Assembly: GCA_039795165.1 (NCBI GenBank)
Contig: JBDKER010000003.1
Coordinates: forward strand, 105,220-169,219
DNA length: 64,000 nt
Origin: Verrucomicrobiota bacterium
GTDB taxonomy: Bacteria > Verrucomicrobiota > Verrucomicrobiia > Verrucomicrobiales > V1-33
Reading direction: 5' to 3'
Below the pieces are notes generated by a model. The model was not told the origin of the DNA and did not search any database. It saw only the letters and a list, made by a program, of their open reading frames with translations. Numbering within the stretch: the stretch's first letter is position 1; every line of letters begins with the position of its first letter. This document shows, piece after piece, positions 11,895-22,328 of this stretch. The position numbers were made by a program, and so were the translations under genes.

Positions 11895-13011
11895 ATGAGT
11901 AGACAGATTGCCCCTGTTGTGGTTTTCAGCACCGGCCGCTGCGGATCGACGATGATTTCGAGTCTGCTGAGCATGCATCCGGAGGTTCTGAGTCTTTCGG
12001 AGGCATTTTTGGGCACTGCCCCCGATGCGCTGCAGTCGAGCTGGATGTCCGGGGATGAATTTGCTGATCTCTGCTTAGTAACTAATCCGCTTGCAGTAAA
12101 AATGATAGGTGTGGGAATGGATTGGGACGAGGGCGTCTGTGATTTCAATGTGCCGGACATGCGATGGACCAAGACTTCCATTCCGCCGATCATCCACGCA
12201 TCAGTTCCGCACCACAGTCCGGATCCGGAGCGCTTTGATGCGGTGCATGATGAGCTGGAGGGAATGGCTGAGGCAGCAGCCGGGGCGGGCCACCGGGGAT
12301 CATTTCCGGTGTGTCTTTGATCACCTGCGGGATCGGCTGGGGCGGCGGGTCTGGGTTGAGCGGACGGGGGGATCGCTGACCTGGGCGGCGAAGCTTGTGA
12401 AGATGTTTCCCGAGGCGAGGTTTGTGCATGTGTACCGGGATGGGCGCGACACGGCCTTGTCGATGCTGCAGCATCCTGTTTTCCGGCTGGTTGCGGCGGC
12501 TCTTCATGATATGCGGGCTGACCGTGGGACGGTTCTGCTGCGGGCGAGGTGCCGCAGTGTGATGCGGCGGTTTGGATCGGTGGGGTATCTTCTCAATCCG
12601 GGAAATCCGCTGCTGCGCAGGCTGGTTCATGGGATGGAGCGGGTGGCGCTGCGGGCGCTGCTGGAGACGATTGATCTGCGCAATTTTGTGGACGATGCGG
12701 AAGTCACCTCGGCTCACATGGGGTGGCTTTGGAACGACTTGGTGATGAGGGGAGATCGGGTGCTGCGAGGGATTCCGGCCGAAAGGCGTCTGGACGTGAA
12801 GTTCGAGGATGTGCAGGCGGCACCCCGGGAGCAGCTGGAGCGGCTGATTCGGTTCATTGATCCTTCGCTGGTGGATGAGTCGTGGCTGCGGCAGGCATCT
12901 GCGGTGCCGCGGGCGGCGCGGTCGAGTTACCGGACGCTCCCTGAGGCGGAGCAGAAGCAGCTGACGGAGGTCTGCCGTCCGGCTTTGGAGCTGCTGGGGT
13001 ATCCCAGCTGA
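11895..13011 (+). pseudogene. sulfotransferase family gene split by a frameshift (or an assembly indel)
   Basis: ORF 11895..12320 carries the PAPS 5-prime-phosphosulfate loop (FSTGRCGSTMISSLL). ORF 12109..13011, in the +1 frame, carries the 3-prime-phosphate motif (FVHVYRDGRDTALSM). The two halves join sensibly near 12255-12300, for example ELEG/WLRQQPGR. Confidence 0.6.
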
Positions 13012-13023
13012 AGGCCGGTGGTT

Positions 13024-13815
13024 TCAGTTCCCTGTGCTGAGTGGGAGGAGTTCGATTTTCCGGAACCAGACGGGTTGGCCTTCGGCCTGGAGGGCGATGT
13101 GGCCGTGGGAGAGGATGGCGGGGGCTCCGGCGGCGAGGAGGTCCGAAGCCGGGGCGTTGTCGTTGGCGGGGTCGAGCTGGGGCCGCTGGTAGCGTAGGAC
13201 TTCCGTTCCGTTAATCCGGTGGATGATGGTGGAGCTGCCGCGGACTTCGATTTCGGCTTTGACCCATTGGTCCGGGGGGAAGGTGGGGGCGGAGGAAGTG
13301 ACAATGTGGCGGGTGACGAGTTTGCCGTCGATTTCGACGTGGGTGCCGGGGGTGCAGAGGTTGCCGGTGGGGCGGGGGCCCTTGCCTTCGTCGGCGAGGA
13401 ACTGCATTTCGAGGCTGGCGGGGAAGCCCTGATCGAAGCGCATGCTCTGGGGTGGCTGGGCGTGGACCATGATGCCGCTGTTGAGGTTCACGTAGGATGG
13501 GGCGTCGGGCACCATGGAGCCGGAGAAGCGGTATTCGAGGCGGAGGATGTAATGGGAATAGGAAAGGTTGGTGAATAGGTGGCCGAAGTGGCCGTCGAAC
13601 TTCTGGTAGCCGTCGTAGGAGACCTTGAGGATGCCGTCTTCGATGCGGAAGGTGCTGGCGTAGTTTTCTCCGAGGGGGCGTTTGGCGATTTTGATGGTCC
13701 AGCCGGAGAGGTCCTTGCCATTGAAGAGGGGGATCCATTGCGGCTCAGCGGCAGGGGTATCCGCTGCGAAGGCGGCGGCGAGTGCGGTGATGGCGGCGGC
13801 GAATGGGCGGATCAT
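13024..13815 (-). CDS. DUF1080 (3-keto-disaccharide hydrolase-like) secreted protein
   Basis: 263 aa with a signal peptide. Family-typical WIPLFNGKDLSGW at the N-terminus and HGHIALQAEGQPVWFRKIEL at the C-terminus. Confidence 0.85.
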   Translation of the reverse strand: MIRPFAAAITALAAAFAADTPAAEPQWIPLFNGKDLSGWTIKIAKRPLGENYASTFRIEDGILKVSYDGYQKFDGHFGHLFTNLSYSHYILRLEYRFSGSMVPDAPSYVNLNSGIMVHAQPPQSMRFDQGFPASLEMQFLADEGKGPRPTGNLCTPGTHVEIDGKLVTRHIVTSSAPTFPPDQWVKAEIEVRGSSTIIHRINGTEVLRYQRPQLDPANDNAPASDLLAAGAPAILSHGHIALQAEGQPVWFRKIELLPLSTGN

Positions 13816-13881
13816 GGGGTGGGAGGGTGTCAGGATTTCCGGCGGGAGGCAATGGAATTGGAGCCTGGAGCGTGTGGTGGG

Positions 13882-13923
13882 CGGAAAAACGGCCGTTCCC
13901 CATGAAGTGGAGAACGGCCGTTT
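13882..13923 (-). terminator. intrinsic terminator after the 13980..15626 gene
   Basis: Perfect 12-bp stem AAACGGCCGTTC / GAACGGCCGTTT with a 13-nt loop, followed by a T run on the minus strand. Confidence 0.6.
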
Positions 13924-13979
13924 CTGTGAAGGTTGGTGGTTCAGAGTTTCCCGTGGGGAGCCTTGCGAGGGCTGCGCTT

Positions 13980-15626
13980 TTACTTGAGGGGCATGAGGTT
14001 GCTTTCGCCCATGCTGCTTTCGCGGTCACCGACCTTGAGGTAGCGGTAGTAGACCTCTAGCATGAGGGTACAGAGGACGGTGCGGTAGATTTCGGCGCTG
14101 CCGCCAGCGGCGGTGGAGGTGGCGGCGGCGACTTCACCGCCTCCCTCGACCTTGTAGCTGCCGTCCTCGAGCTGGTTGGCGAGAATTTCCTTCTGGAACT
14201 GGGCATTCCATTTCTTCCATGGTTCGCCGCCCTTCTGGAAGAGGGCCTGGGTATTGTAGTACCATGTGTAGAGGTAGCAGTCAGAGTTCCAGCTGAGGGG
14301 TTCTTTTTCGAACTGATCGACGAGCCAGCGGATGCCTTTGTTGACCTTGCCGGCATTGCCTGCTCCCATGGTCTGGAGGCCGAGGAGGGCGGCGCCGGAG
14401 AGGTTCCACTGATTGTAGTGCTGGGCGCGGTCGGCGTTACCGAAGCCACCGTCGGCTGTCTGGGTGCTTTCGAGGTATTTCTCGACCTTTTTCATGGACC
14501 CGGCGAGGCCTGGGATTTTGAGATTGGTGTGTTTGGCGGCCTTGAGTGCCTGGAATTGCCAACCGGTGACGGAGAGGTCATTGCGGCCGTAGGGATCGTA
14601 GCCGATGCCGTCCTTGTAGCCCCAGGAGCCGTCCTTGGTTTGTTTTTCGATGATGATCTGCACACCGCGTTCGAAGCCTTGGCGGAGGCCGGGAAGTTCG
14701 CGTTTCCCGAGTTTGGCGAACGAGTAGACTTCGCCGAGGGCGTAGGTGGCGATGCCGTGTTCGTAGGTGCTGCGGATGCCGCTGGGGGCCTGGGAGAAGA
14801 TGCCGTTGAACTGGTTGCCGTTTTTCTGGCCGAGTTCGATGAGGAAGGTGATTCCTTTGAGGACGGTTTCTCCGTAGACTGGGGATTCCGGGGTTTCGCA
14901 GTGGCCGAGGTAGGCGAGCAGGGCCAATCCGGTCATGCCGGCGCGGTCGTTATTGCCCCATGAGCCGTCCGGGTTCTGTTTTTCCTTGAGCCATTTGAGG
15001 CCCTTCTTGACGGCGGTTTCGCATTGTTCGTTGCCGCCGTTCTCGCGCATTTTCTGGGCGCGTTCTGCGGGGGAGCAGCGGCTCTGCATGATTTTGGGGA
15101 GCGAGATGAAGCCGGCGCCTGAGCCGGGGCCCCAGCCCGAGCCAATGCCTGATCCGACGCCGCTGCCGGAACCGGTGCCGCGTCCAATGCCTTGTCCGGT
15201 GCCGAGGCCGCCGCCGCCGATGGTCATCTGGGTGAGACCGGAGAAATCGGTCATGGACGACTGGACGTCCGGGAGGGTGACGCCTGAGGATTTCGCCGAG
15301 GCGAGCTTCATTTTCGGCTGGGCGTGGCTGACGGCTCGCATCTTCTTCTGGGCGGCGTGTTTTTCGCCGCCGCCGCCGCCACCGCCGCCGCCGGGGAGGA
15401 AGTCCGGGGGTTCTTCGACGTTGTTGGAGGTCCGCCAGATGATGAAGAGGGCGAGGATGAGGAAGAGGGCGTGGACGATGATGCTGATGCTGAGGGAGCC
15501 GCCGCCGAGGCGGTGCCAGTAGCCGGTTTTGGGGCGGTCTTCGTGAGCGGGGGTGGCCTCGTAGTACTGGGGTTCCTCGTAGCCCTGGTATTCGGGTGGC
15601 GGGGGAGGTGGAGGGGGGGTGCTCAT
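13980..15626 (-). CDS. membrane-anchored protein: Pro-rich N-tail, one TM helix with S-x3-H, Gly-rich linker, prenyltransferase/squalene-cyclase-like repeat domain
   Basis: I take the ATG at 15626; the track start at 15677 is TTG. TM segment SLSISIIVHALFLILALFIIW, a G9 run and a GxGxG linker. Repeats QNPDGSWG, TKDGSWGY, TADGGFG, LEDGSY, plus the family-typical SVTGWQFQALKAA. Confidence 0.8.
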   Translation of the reverse strand: MSTPPPPPPPPEYQGYEEPQYYEATPAHEDRPKTGYWHRLGGGSLSISIIVHALFLILALFIIWRTSNNVEEPPDFLPGGGGGGGGGEKHAAQKKMRAVSHAQPKMKLASAKSSGVTLPDVQSSMTDFSGLTQMTIGGGGLGTGQGIGRGTGSGSGVGSGIGSGWGPGSGAGFISLPKIMQSRCSPAERAQKMRENGGNEQCETAVKKGLKWLKEKQNPDGSWGNNDRAGMTGLALLAYLGHCETPESPVYGETVLKGITFLIELGQKNGNQFNGIFSQAPSGIRSTYEHGIATYALGEVYSFAKLGKRELPGLRQGFERGVQIIIEKQTKDGSWGYKDGIGYDPYGRNDLSVTGWQFQALKAAKHTNLKIPGLAGSMKKVEKYLESTQTADGGFGNADRAQHYNQWNLSGAALLGLQTMGAGNAGKVNKGIRWLVDQFEKEPLSWNSDCYLYTWYYNTQALFQKGGEPWKKWNAQFQKEILANQLEDGSYKVEGGGEVAAATSTAAGGSAEIYRTVLCTLMLEVYYRYLKVGDRESSMGESNLMPLK

Positions 15627-15714
15627 GGGCGGCAGAATGGGGTTGTCCCTGTTAAGACGGATTGAAGGGGACGCCAATTAGAAAAATTGATGCGGTTTGG
15701 TACGGAAGAAGTCG

Positions 15715-15759
15715 AGACAAAAAAGGCACCGCTACGGGGGGGTGGTCCGCAGCGGTGCC
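15715..15759 (-). terminator. intrinsic terminator after the sugar phosphate isomerase gene
   Basis: On the minus strand, GGCACCGCT...AGCGGTGCC (9-bp stem with a GC-rich loop) is followed by TTTTTTGTC. Confidence 0.7.
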
Positions 15760-15790
15760 GGCCTTTGCGGCGATGGAAGGGCGTTGCTGG

Positions 15791-16819
<1,029 letters not shown>

Positions 16820-17004
16820 GGTGATGTGGGGAAGTGAGTGGTTGGGGGGGGGAGGTCACCGTGCAGCCGATGCTGCTGGTGGCAGCGGAATAGAGGCAAG
16901 CGCTGGGTGGTGTCCAGCAAAATGAACGGGCTTGGGTTTTCGCCGGGTGATTCCGTGAAGACGTGGGCTTGTCATGGAAAGATGTGTGGTGGAGTGGGGG
17001 TGGA

Positions 17005-17916
17005 ATGACCGTGGCGGAACGTCCCCTCACTCACTATGCGCTGCTGTCGCTGGCGGTCGCCGTGGTCACTTTCTTTCTGAAGCTGGCCGCGTGGCGGCTG
17101 ACGGGGTCGGTCGGCCTGCTTTCCGATGCGCTGGAATCGCTGGCGAATGTGGCGGCGGCGCTGATTGCGTATGGGTCACTGGCGTTGGCGGCCCGTCCGG
17201 CTGACGAGGATCATGCGTATGGGCACACGAAGGTGGAGTATTTTGCGGGTGGCTGCGAAGGGTTGTTCATTCTCGCGGCGGCGGTGGGGATCGGGTGGAA
17301 TGCGGTGGGGCGTCTGATTGCGCCGCAGCCCCTGGCGATGGTGGGGGTGGGGCTGGTGGTATCGGTGGTGGCGTCTCTGCTGAATCTGGTGGTGGCCCGG
17401 GTGCTGTTCCGTGTGGCGAGGGCGCGGCATTCCGTGGCGCTGGAGGCGGATGCGCAGCATCTGATGACGGACGTGTGGACATCTGCGGCGGTGGTTGTTG
17501 CGGTGGGATTGGTGGTGGTGACCGGGTGGGACTGGCTGGATCCGGTGGTGGGGCTGCTGTTGACTGCGCATATCATTGTTTCCGGGGTGAAGCTGATGCA
17601 TGCGGCCATGCTGGGATTGATCGACACGGGACTGCCGGCCGAGGAACTGGCGAGGGCGCGCGGCATTCTTGAGGCATGTGGGGAACGCGGGGTGCACTGG
17701 CATGCCCTGAGGACGCGTCAGGCCGGGACGCGGCGCTTTCTTTCCGTGCATCTGCTGATGCCCGGGGAATGGACTATTGCGCGTGGTCATGCCGAGGCCG
17801 AGGAGATCGAAGCGTCTCTGCGGGCGGCGGTGCCGCGCCTGACGGTGTTCACGCATCTTGAGCCTGTTGAGGATCCGGTTTCGTGGGAGGACACGGGACT
17901 GGACCGTGGGGCCTGA
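17005..17916 (+). CDS. cation diffusion facilitator (CDF) family metal efflux transporter
   Basis: Internal ATG at 17005. Motifs GSVGLLSDALESLANV and HAYGHTKVEYF, six TM segments and a C-terminal cytoplasmic domain. Confidence 0.9.
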   Translation: MTVAERPLTHYALLSLAVAVVTFFLKLAAWRLTGSVGLLSDALESLANVAAALIAYGSLALAARPADEDHAYGHTKVEYFAGGCEGLFILAAAVGIGWNAVGRLIAPQPLAMVGVGLVVSVVASLLNLVVARVLFRVARARHSVALEADAQHLMTDVWTSAAVVVAVGLVVVTGWDWLDPVVGLLLTAHIIVSGVKLMHAAMLGLIDTGLPAEELARARGILEACGERGVHWHALRTRQAGTRRFLSVHLLMPGEWTIARGHAEAEEIEASLRAAVPRLTVFTHLEPVEDPVSWEDTGLDRGA

Positions 17917-18067
17917 GAGCGGGGCCTATTCCTGTGATGATTTCATGCCCGGTTCACCTGATGGGGCGTTCTATTCGGGCGGGCAAATTCTCATTGCAAA
18001 GAGGGGGTCGAAACGATACACCCGGCAACCTCCGAGGCAAGAACACCCGATAGCTCCCGATTCCGCC

Positions 18068-21000
18068 GTGAAAAGAAATTCAAAATTCTCCCTGCGTCTC
18101 CTCGTACCGGTCAGCGTGTTGGCTTTAGCGGCGGCGGTTCCGGCTCAGGATGCGGCGGCACCCGATGCCAAGCCGGCTGACGCGGCGGCGGGGGACAAGG
18201 CGCCTGCGCTGCCGGCCGTGGATCTGGGTGATCCCGATGCGATCATCAAGAATGGGGATGATGCCTATGCGAAGGGGGACTGGCTCAATGCGGCGGCGAA
18301 TTATTCGGCGCTCATGACGATTGCGCAGAAGACCGGGGCGACGCCTGACAAGCTGGAGCCGCTCTACTTCACGCTGGGGGCATGTCTCTTCAACATTCCG
18401 AATTACGATTTGGCCTTCAAGACATTCACGGAGTACACGCAGAAGTATCCGACTGGGAAGAACATCCGGTATGCCCAGCTGGGGCTGGCGCGCATTATGC
18501 GGGCACAGAAGAAGTGGCCGGAGGCGGTCAAGCAGTATGAGACGCTCAAGAACGAGCCGGCGCTGCGGGACGATGTGATGATCGAGTTGGCGGATTCCTA
18601 CAAGGAGAACGAGCAGAAGGACAAGGCGATCGTGCTGCTGGAGACCACGCTGGCTCCGGGGGTGAAGACATCATCCGATGTGCGGCTGGCGCTTTATCTT
18701 GTGGATCTGTATGCGGACGACAAGCCGGAGAAGGGGGTGGCGCTGCTGGACAAGGTGAAGCGGGCACCGGGGATGCGGCCGATGATTTCGGAGATCAACT
18801 TTGCGGCGCTCAAGCTGGCCGATGCGCTCATGGGAGACAACAAGCCTGAGGAGGCGCTGCCGGCCTATCAAAATCTGCGCAAGCACAAGGAAGTGGTCGA
18901 TACGCTCAAGGAGCTGCGGGATGATTATGGGCGTCTCATCAAGAGCCTGTCGGCGCGGGTTGGTCCCAAGGATCCGAATGTGATTGCCAACCAGCAGCAA
19001 CTGGCGCGGGTGAAGCAGTACGAGGCGCAGGCCAAGGCGATGATCGAGGCCCTTGAGAAGGAGCAGAACTACGATGCGGTCGTCTTTTACCGGATCGGGC
19101 GTTGTTTTGCGGCCCTTGGGAGGTTCTGGGAAGCGCGGCTGGCCTTTCAGTACGTTCTCGATAAGTTCCCCAAGTTCGAGGATGCGCCGAGTGTGCTTTA
19201 TGCTCTTACATACTGTCATTACAATCTGACGCCTGCTGATCTGACGCAGGACAACATGAAGATGGGGGAGGAGACGCAGAAGCTGTGCCGGCAGTTCCTG
19301 AGCAAGCATCCCGATCGTGAGGAGACGCAGCAGGTTGCGGAGATGCTGATTACGATTGCGACGCGGAGCGGAGATCCTGCGAAGATCAACACGGTCTACG
19401 AGGAGGTGATGGATCTGATCAAGGACTCGCCGAACAAGAGTGTGTTTCTGGCGGTGCAGGTGCAGAACTATCTTGAGCAGTATGATTTCGACAAGGCGCG
19501 GGATGCCGCCGACAAGTTTCTCGGTTCGGCGCCCGCAGACGATCCGCAGCGGGAGGCAGTGGAGTACATGCGGGGGCTGACGTGGTTCTTCAAGAATGAC
19601 TACAACGGAGCGGTGGAGGCCCTCAAGGCGTACATTGAGAAGTATCCATCGGGTCAGTACATTGCGGATGCGAAGTACCGCCGGGCGTTCCTTGTGCTGG
19701 GGGAAGAGCGGCAGAAGAAGAACAAGAAGGGGAACCCTCAGTTCCGGAATGTGATTCAGTACGCGGAGGACATCATCAAGAACCATTTTGGCACTCCATC
19801 GGTGGCGGATGCCTATGCCCTCATCGGGGATGCCTACAAGGACATGACCGGGTCCGAGATGCAGGATGCGGGACTGACGCCGGAGACTCTGGAGACGGCC
19901 ACCGCGGATGCCTATGTCAATGCGGTGAAGAATGCGGCAGCGGAGCAGGTGGCTGAGTACAGTCTAACGCAGGCGGCGCCGATGCTGAAGGCGCAGAGCC
20001 GCTGGCCTGAACTCATCACGCTGTACGAAGGTTTCCGGAAGCAGTGGCCCGAGAACCGTCAGTCGCTTGCGGCGGTCGGGGAAATCTGCACAGCGATTGT
20101 GCGGCGGAGCGACGGGGCCTTTGCGGATGAGATAGCGGCTGCGGAGGAGAAGAAGGACGAAGCGGCGGTGAAGAAATTCATGGAACAGCGGGTGGAGTCG
20201 CGGGAGAAGGCGCAGGCGGAGAGCCGGCAGTTCCTGGCCGAGACGATCACGGAAAACATCAACAATCCGCGCAAGGATGGGGTGGAGGATCTCATGCAGC
20301 AACTGGCTGTGGCGGCCATACCCAAGCGGAAGCCGGCTCCGGTGCCGCCTGCCAATCCTGCGGCGACTACGGACCCTGCGGTGAAGAGCGAACCGCCGAA
20401 GCGTCCGCCGCCGCCGACGGTGGAGGAACTGGGCAAGCCAGCTGAGGCGGAACTGGACCGTCTGCTCGGGGAGAAGGATCTGTCGGCGATCGGCAAGGCG
20501 CGGCTAGTTTATGTGAAGTCCCTGCTGTACAGGAATCTGGAGGCCAAGCAGCCCCGGAAGAAGGACGACAAGGGGCAATATATTGTCGACAATGCGCCGA
20601 AGCGTTCGGATGAGCTGATGCAGCAGCTGACGACCGAGTTTCGCCCTGAGGATTACAGTGGGCGGCTCCTCGCGGTGGTGGGCGATCATCTGCAGAAGGC
20701 GGGCGAGCGGGACAAGGCGGCGCAATGCTATAACCGGCTGCTGCAGTTCTTCCCGCAGTCGGCCTTTGTGGATTGGGGAGCGGTGGGGCTGGGTCAGATG
20801 GCCCTTGAGGACAAGGATTACGAAACGGCTCTTGCGAAGTTCAACGTGGCCACGGAGGAATTTCCGGGAATGAAGTATGGCGAGGCGCTCCTTGGGAAAT
20901 CCCGGGCGCTCATGGAGCTGAAGCGGTTTGGGGATGCCGAGAAGGATCCGGCGAACAGTCCTGAGAAGATGCTGAAGGAACTGCTTGGGGACAAGACGAC

Positions 21001-21292
21001 GCCGCCCGAGACGAAGGCGGAGGCCACTTGGCTGCTTGGGGAAGTCCGTTTTGCGCAGCAGGATTATGGTGACGCGTTCAACTATTTCCAGCGCCTCTAT
21101 CTATCATTCCTGAAGTTTCCGAAGTGGGTGGCCCGGGGTTATCTGCGGGCAGGGGAGACGAAGGAGGCCCTGCAAAAATACACGGACGCCAAGGATGTGT
21201 ACAAGGAAGCGGTCGAGACCCCGAAGATCAGCGAGCGGATCAAGGGCGAGGCTGACTTCCAGAAGATTCAGGAAAATTACCGCAAACTCTGA
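18068..21292 (+). CDS. large secreted tetratricopeptide-repeat protein with repeated CpoB/YbgF-like units
   Basis: The track ORF starts at 17858, inside the CDF gene. The in-frame GTG at 18068 gives a classic signal peptide (KRNSKFSLRLLVPVSVLALAAAVPAQD); an alternative ATG lies at 17945. TPR units of the type F..Y..KYP.G.....A.L.LA recur throughout the protein. Confidence 0.8.
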   Translation: MKRNSKFSLRLLVPVSVLALAAAVPAQDAAAPDAKPADAAAGDKAPALPAVDLGDPDAIIKNGDDAYAKGDWLNAAANYSALMTIAQKTGATPDKLEPLYFTLGACLFNIPNYDLAFKTFTEYTQKYPTGKNIRYAQLGLARIMRAQKKWPEAVKQYETLKNEPALRDDVMIELADSYKENEQKDKAIVLLETTLAPGVKTSSDVRLALYLVDLYADDKPEKGVALLDKVKRAPGMRPMISEINFAALKLADALMGDNKPEEALPAYQNLRKHKEVVDTLKELRDDYGRLIKSLSARVGPKDPNVIANQQQLARVKQYEAQAKAMIEALEKEQNYDAVVFYRIGRCFAALGRFWEARLAFQYVLDKFPKFEDAPSVLYALTYCHYNLTPADLTQDNMKMGEETQKLCRQFLSKHPDREETQQVAEMLITIATRSGDPAKINTVYEEVMDLIKDSPNKSVFLAVQVQNYLEQYDFDKARDAADKFLGSAPADDPQREAVEYMRGLTWFFKNDYNGAVEALKAYIEKYPSGQYIADAKYRRAFLVLGEERQKKNKKGNPQFRNVIQYAEDIIKNHFGTPSVADAYALIGDAYKDMTGSEMQDAGLTPETLETATADAYVNAVKNAAAEQVAEYSLTQAAPMLKAQSRWPELITLYEGFRKQWPENRQSLAAVGEICTAIVRRSDGAFADEIAAAEEKKDEAAVKKFMEQRVESREKAQAESRQFLAETITENINNPRKDGVEDLMQQLAVAAIPKRKPAPVPPANPAATTDPAVKSEPPKRPPPPTVEELGKPAEAELDRLLGEKDLSAIGKARLVYVKSLLYRNLEAKQPRKKDDKGQYIVDNAPKRSDELMQQLTTEFRPEDYSGRLLAVVGDHLQKAGERDKAAQCYNRLLQFFPQSAFVDWGAVGLGQMALEDKDYETALAKFNVATEEFPGMKYGEALLGKSRALMELKRFGDAEKDPANSPEKMLKELLGDKTTPPETKAEATWLLGEVRFAQQDYGDAFNYFQRLYLSFLKFPKWVARGYLRAGETKEALQKYTDAKDVYKEAVETPKISERIKGEADFQKIQENYRKL

Positions 21293-22230
21293 TGGCCTGT
21301 CCTTCTGTCATGAATTTCTCAATCAGATCCCTGACTGCCGCGGCTTCTCTGCTGCTGGTTCTATCTGCGGGCCCGGCGGGTGCGCAGCGGCTCTATTTCG
21401 CCAATGGGGCGGACGTCGACTGGAGCGAGGTGACTCTTTCCGGCAGCAACATTCAGAAGAAGATCCGCCAAGCGGATGGCCGGGATGGCTATGCGAGCAT
21501 TCCGGCGTCGAATGTGGCCCGGGTGGACTGGCCGTTTCCGGCCGAACTGGCGGATGCGGGCGAGGCCCTCAGCCGTGGCAATTACGATGAAGCGCTCAAG
21601 AATGCGGAGGCCGTGCGGGCGATTCACCGGAACTGGAAGGACAAGCCGGGGTCGTGGTACGTTCCTGCGACGCTCATTGCGCTCGAATGTCATATCCGGA
21701 AGAACAACAATGCGGAGGCCGACAAGATTTTTCCGGAGCTGCGCAACATGCAGCTGAGCAGTGACTACCAGAAGGGTGCCGGGATGATGGAGGCGCTTCA
21801 GCAGTTTCAGAAGGGGATGACTGGTCCGGCCCTGCAGAAGGCCAACACGCTGCTGGCGGGAACGGAAAATTCCGCGGTGCTTGCCCGACTTTACAATCTG
21901 ATTGGCGACATTCAGTTCAAGAGGGAGGCGTACAAGGAGGCCCTTGATGCCTATCTGCAGATTCCGGTGTTTTTCGGAACCCAGGCCGCTCTGCTGCCGG
22001 GTGCGGAGTTCGGGGCCGCGCGTTCCCTCATGCGGCTGCGGCGGCTGGAAGATGCCAATGTGGCACTTGATCGGATTCTCCAGCGCTACAAGGGAACGTG
22101 GGTGGAGGCACCGGCGCGCAAGGAGAAAGAAGATCTTGAGAAGGTGATTGGCGCCGGTGGGGCCGAGGCGGCCGGCAAAGAGGCTGGTGAAAAGCCGGCC
22201 GAAGGTGCGGCTCCTGAAAAAACCGAATGA
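21292..22230 (+). CDS. secreted TPR-like protein
   Basis: Its ATG overlaps the upstream stop (TGATG); an alternative start at 21310 (MNFSIRSL..) gives a signal peptide. Helical-repeat composition with a K/E/A-rich tail. Confidence 0.6.
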   Translation: MACPSVMNFSIRSLTAAASLLLVLSAGPAGAQRLYFANGADVDWSEVTLSGSNIQKKIRQADGRDGYASIPASNVARVDWPFPAELADAGEALSRGNYDEALKNAEAVRAIHRNWKDKPGSWYVPATLIALECHIRKNNNAEADKIFPELRNMQLSSDYQKGAGMMEALQQFQKGMTGPALQKANTLLAGTENSAVLARLYNLIGDIQFKREAYKEALDAYLQIPVFFGTQAALLPGAEFGAARSLMRLRRLEDANVALDRILQRYKGTWVEAPARKEKEDLEKVIGAGGAEAAGKEAGEKPAEGAAPEKTE

Positions 22231-22328
22231 TTTCCGAGAAAAAGCCTACCCAAGAGCGAATCCTGTTTCCTAGAATCTGTCAAAAGCGACCCCATCCGAA
22301 CCATCATCGAATTTCCCAAACACCTGCC

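Noticed and set aside
16820-17004. A possible metal-sensing riboswitch or structured leader in the 185-nt divergent region upstream of the CDF transporter. It contains a G-run and two 5-bp hairpins (GCTGC..GCAGC and GCTGG..CCAGC).
   Set aside because: I could not recognise the conserved cores of the NiCo/czcD or yybP-ykoY classes by eye, and short GC hairpins are expected by chance at this GC content. A cmscan against Rfam would settle it.
17858-18067. An N-terminal 70-codon extension of the large TPR ORF, which would overlap the CDF gene by 59 nt.
   Set aside because: The extension is not protein-like and the region 17917-18067 is lower-GC and looks intergenic. The in-frame GTG at 18068 immediately precedes a canonical signal peptide.
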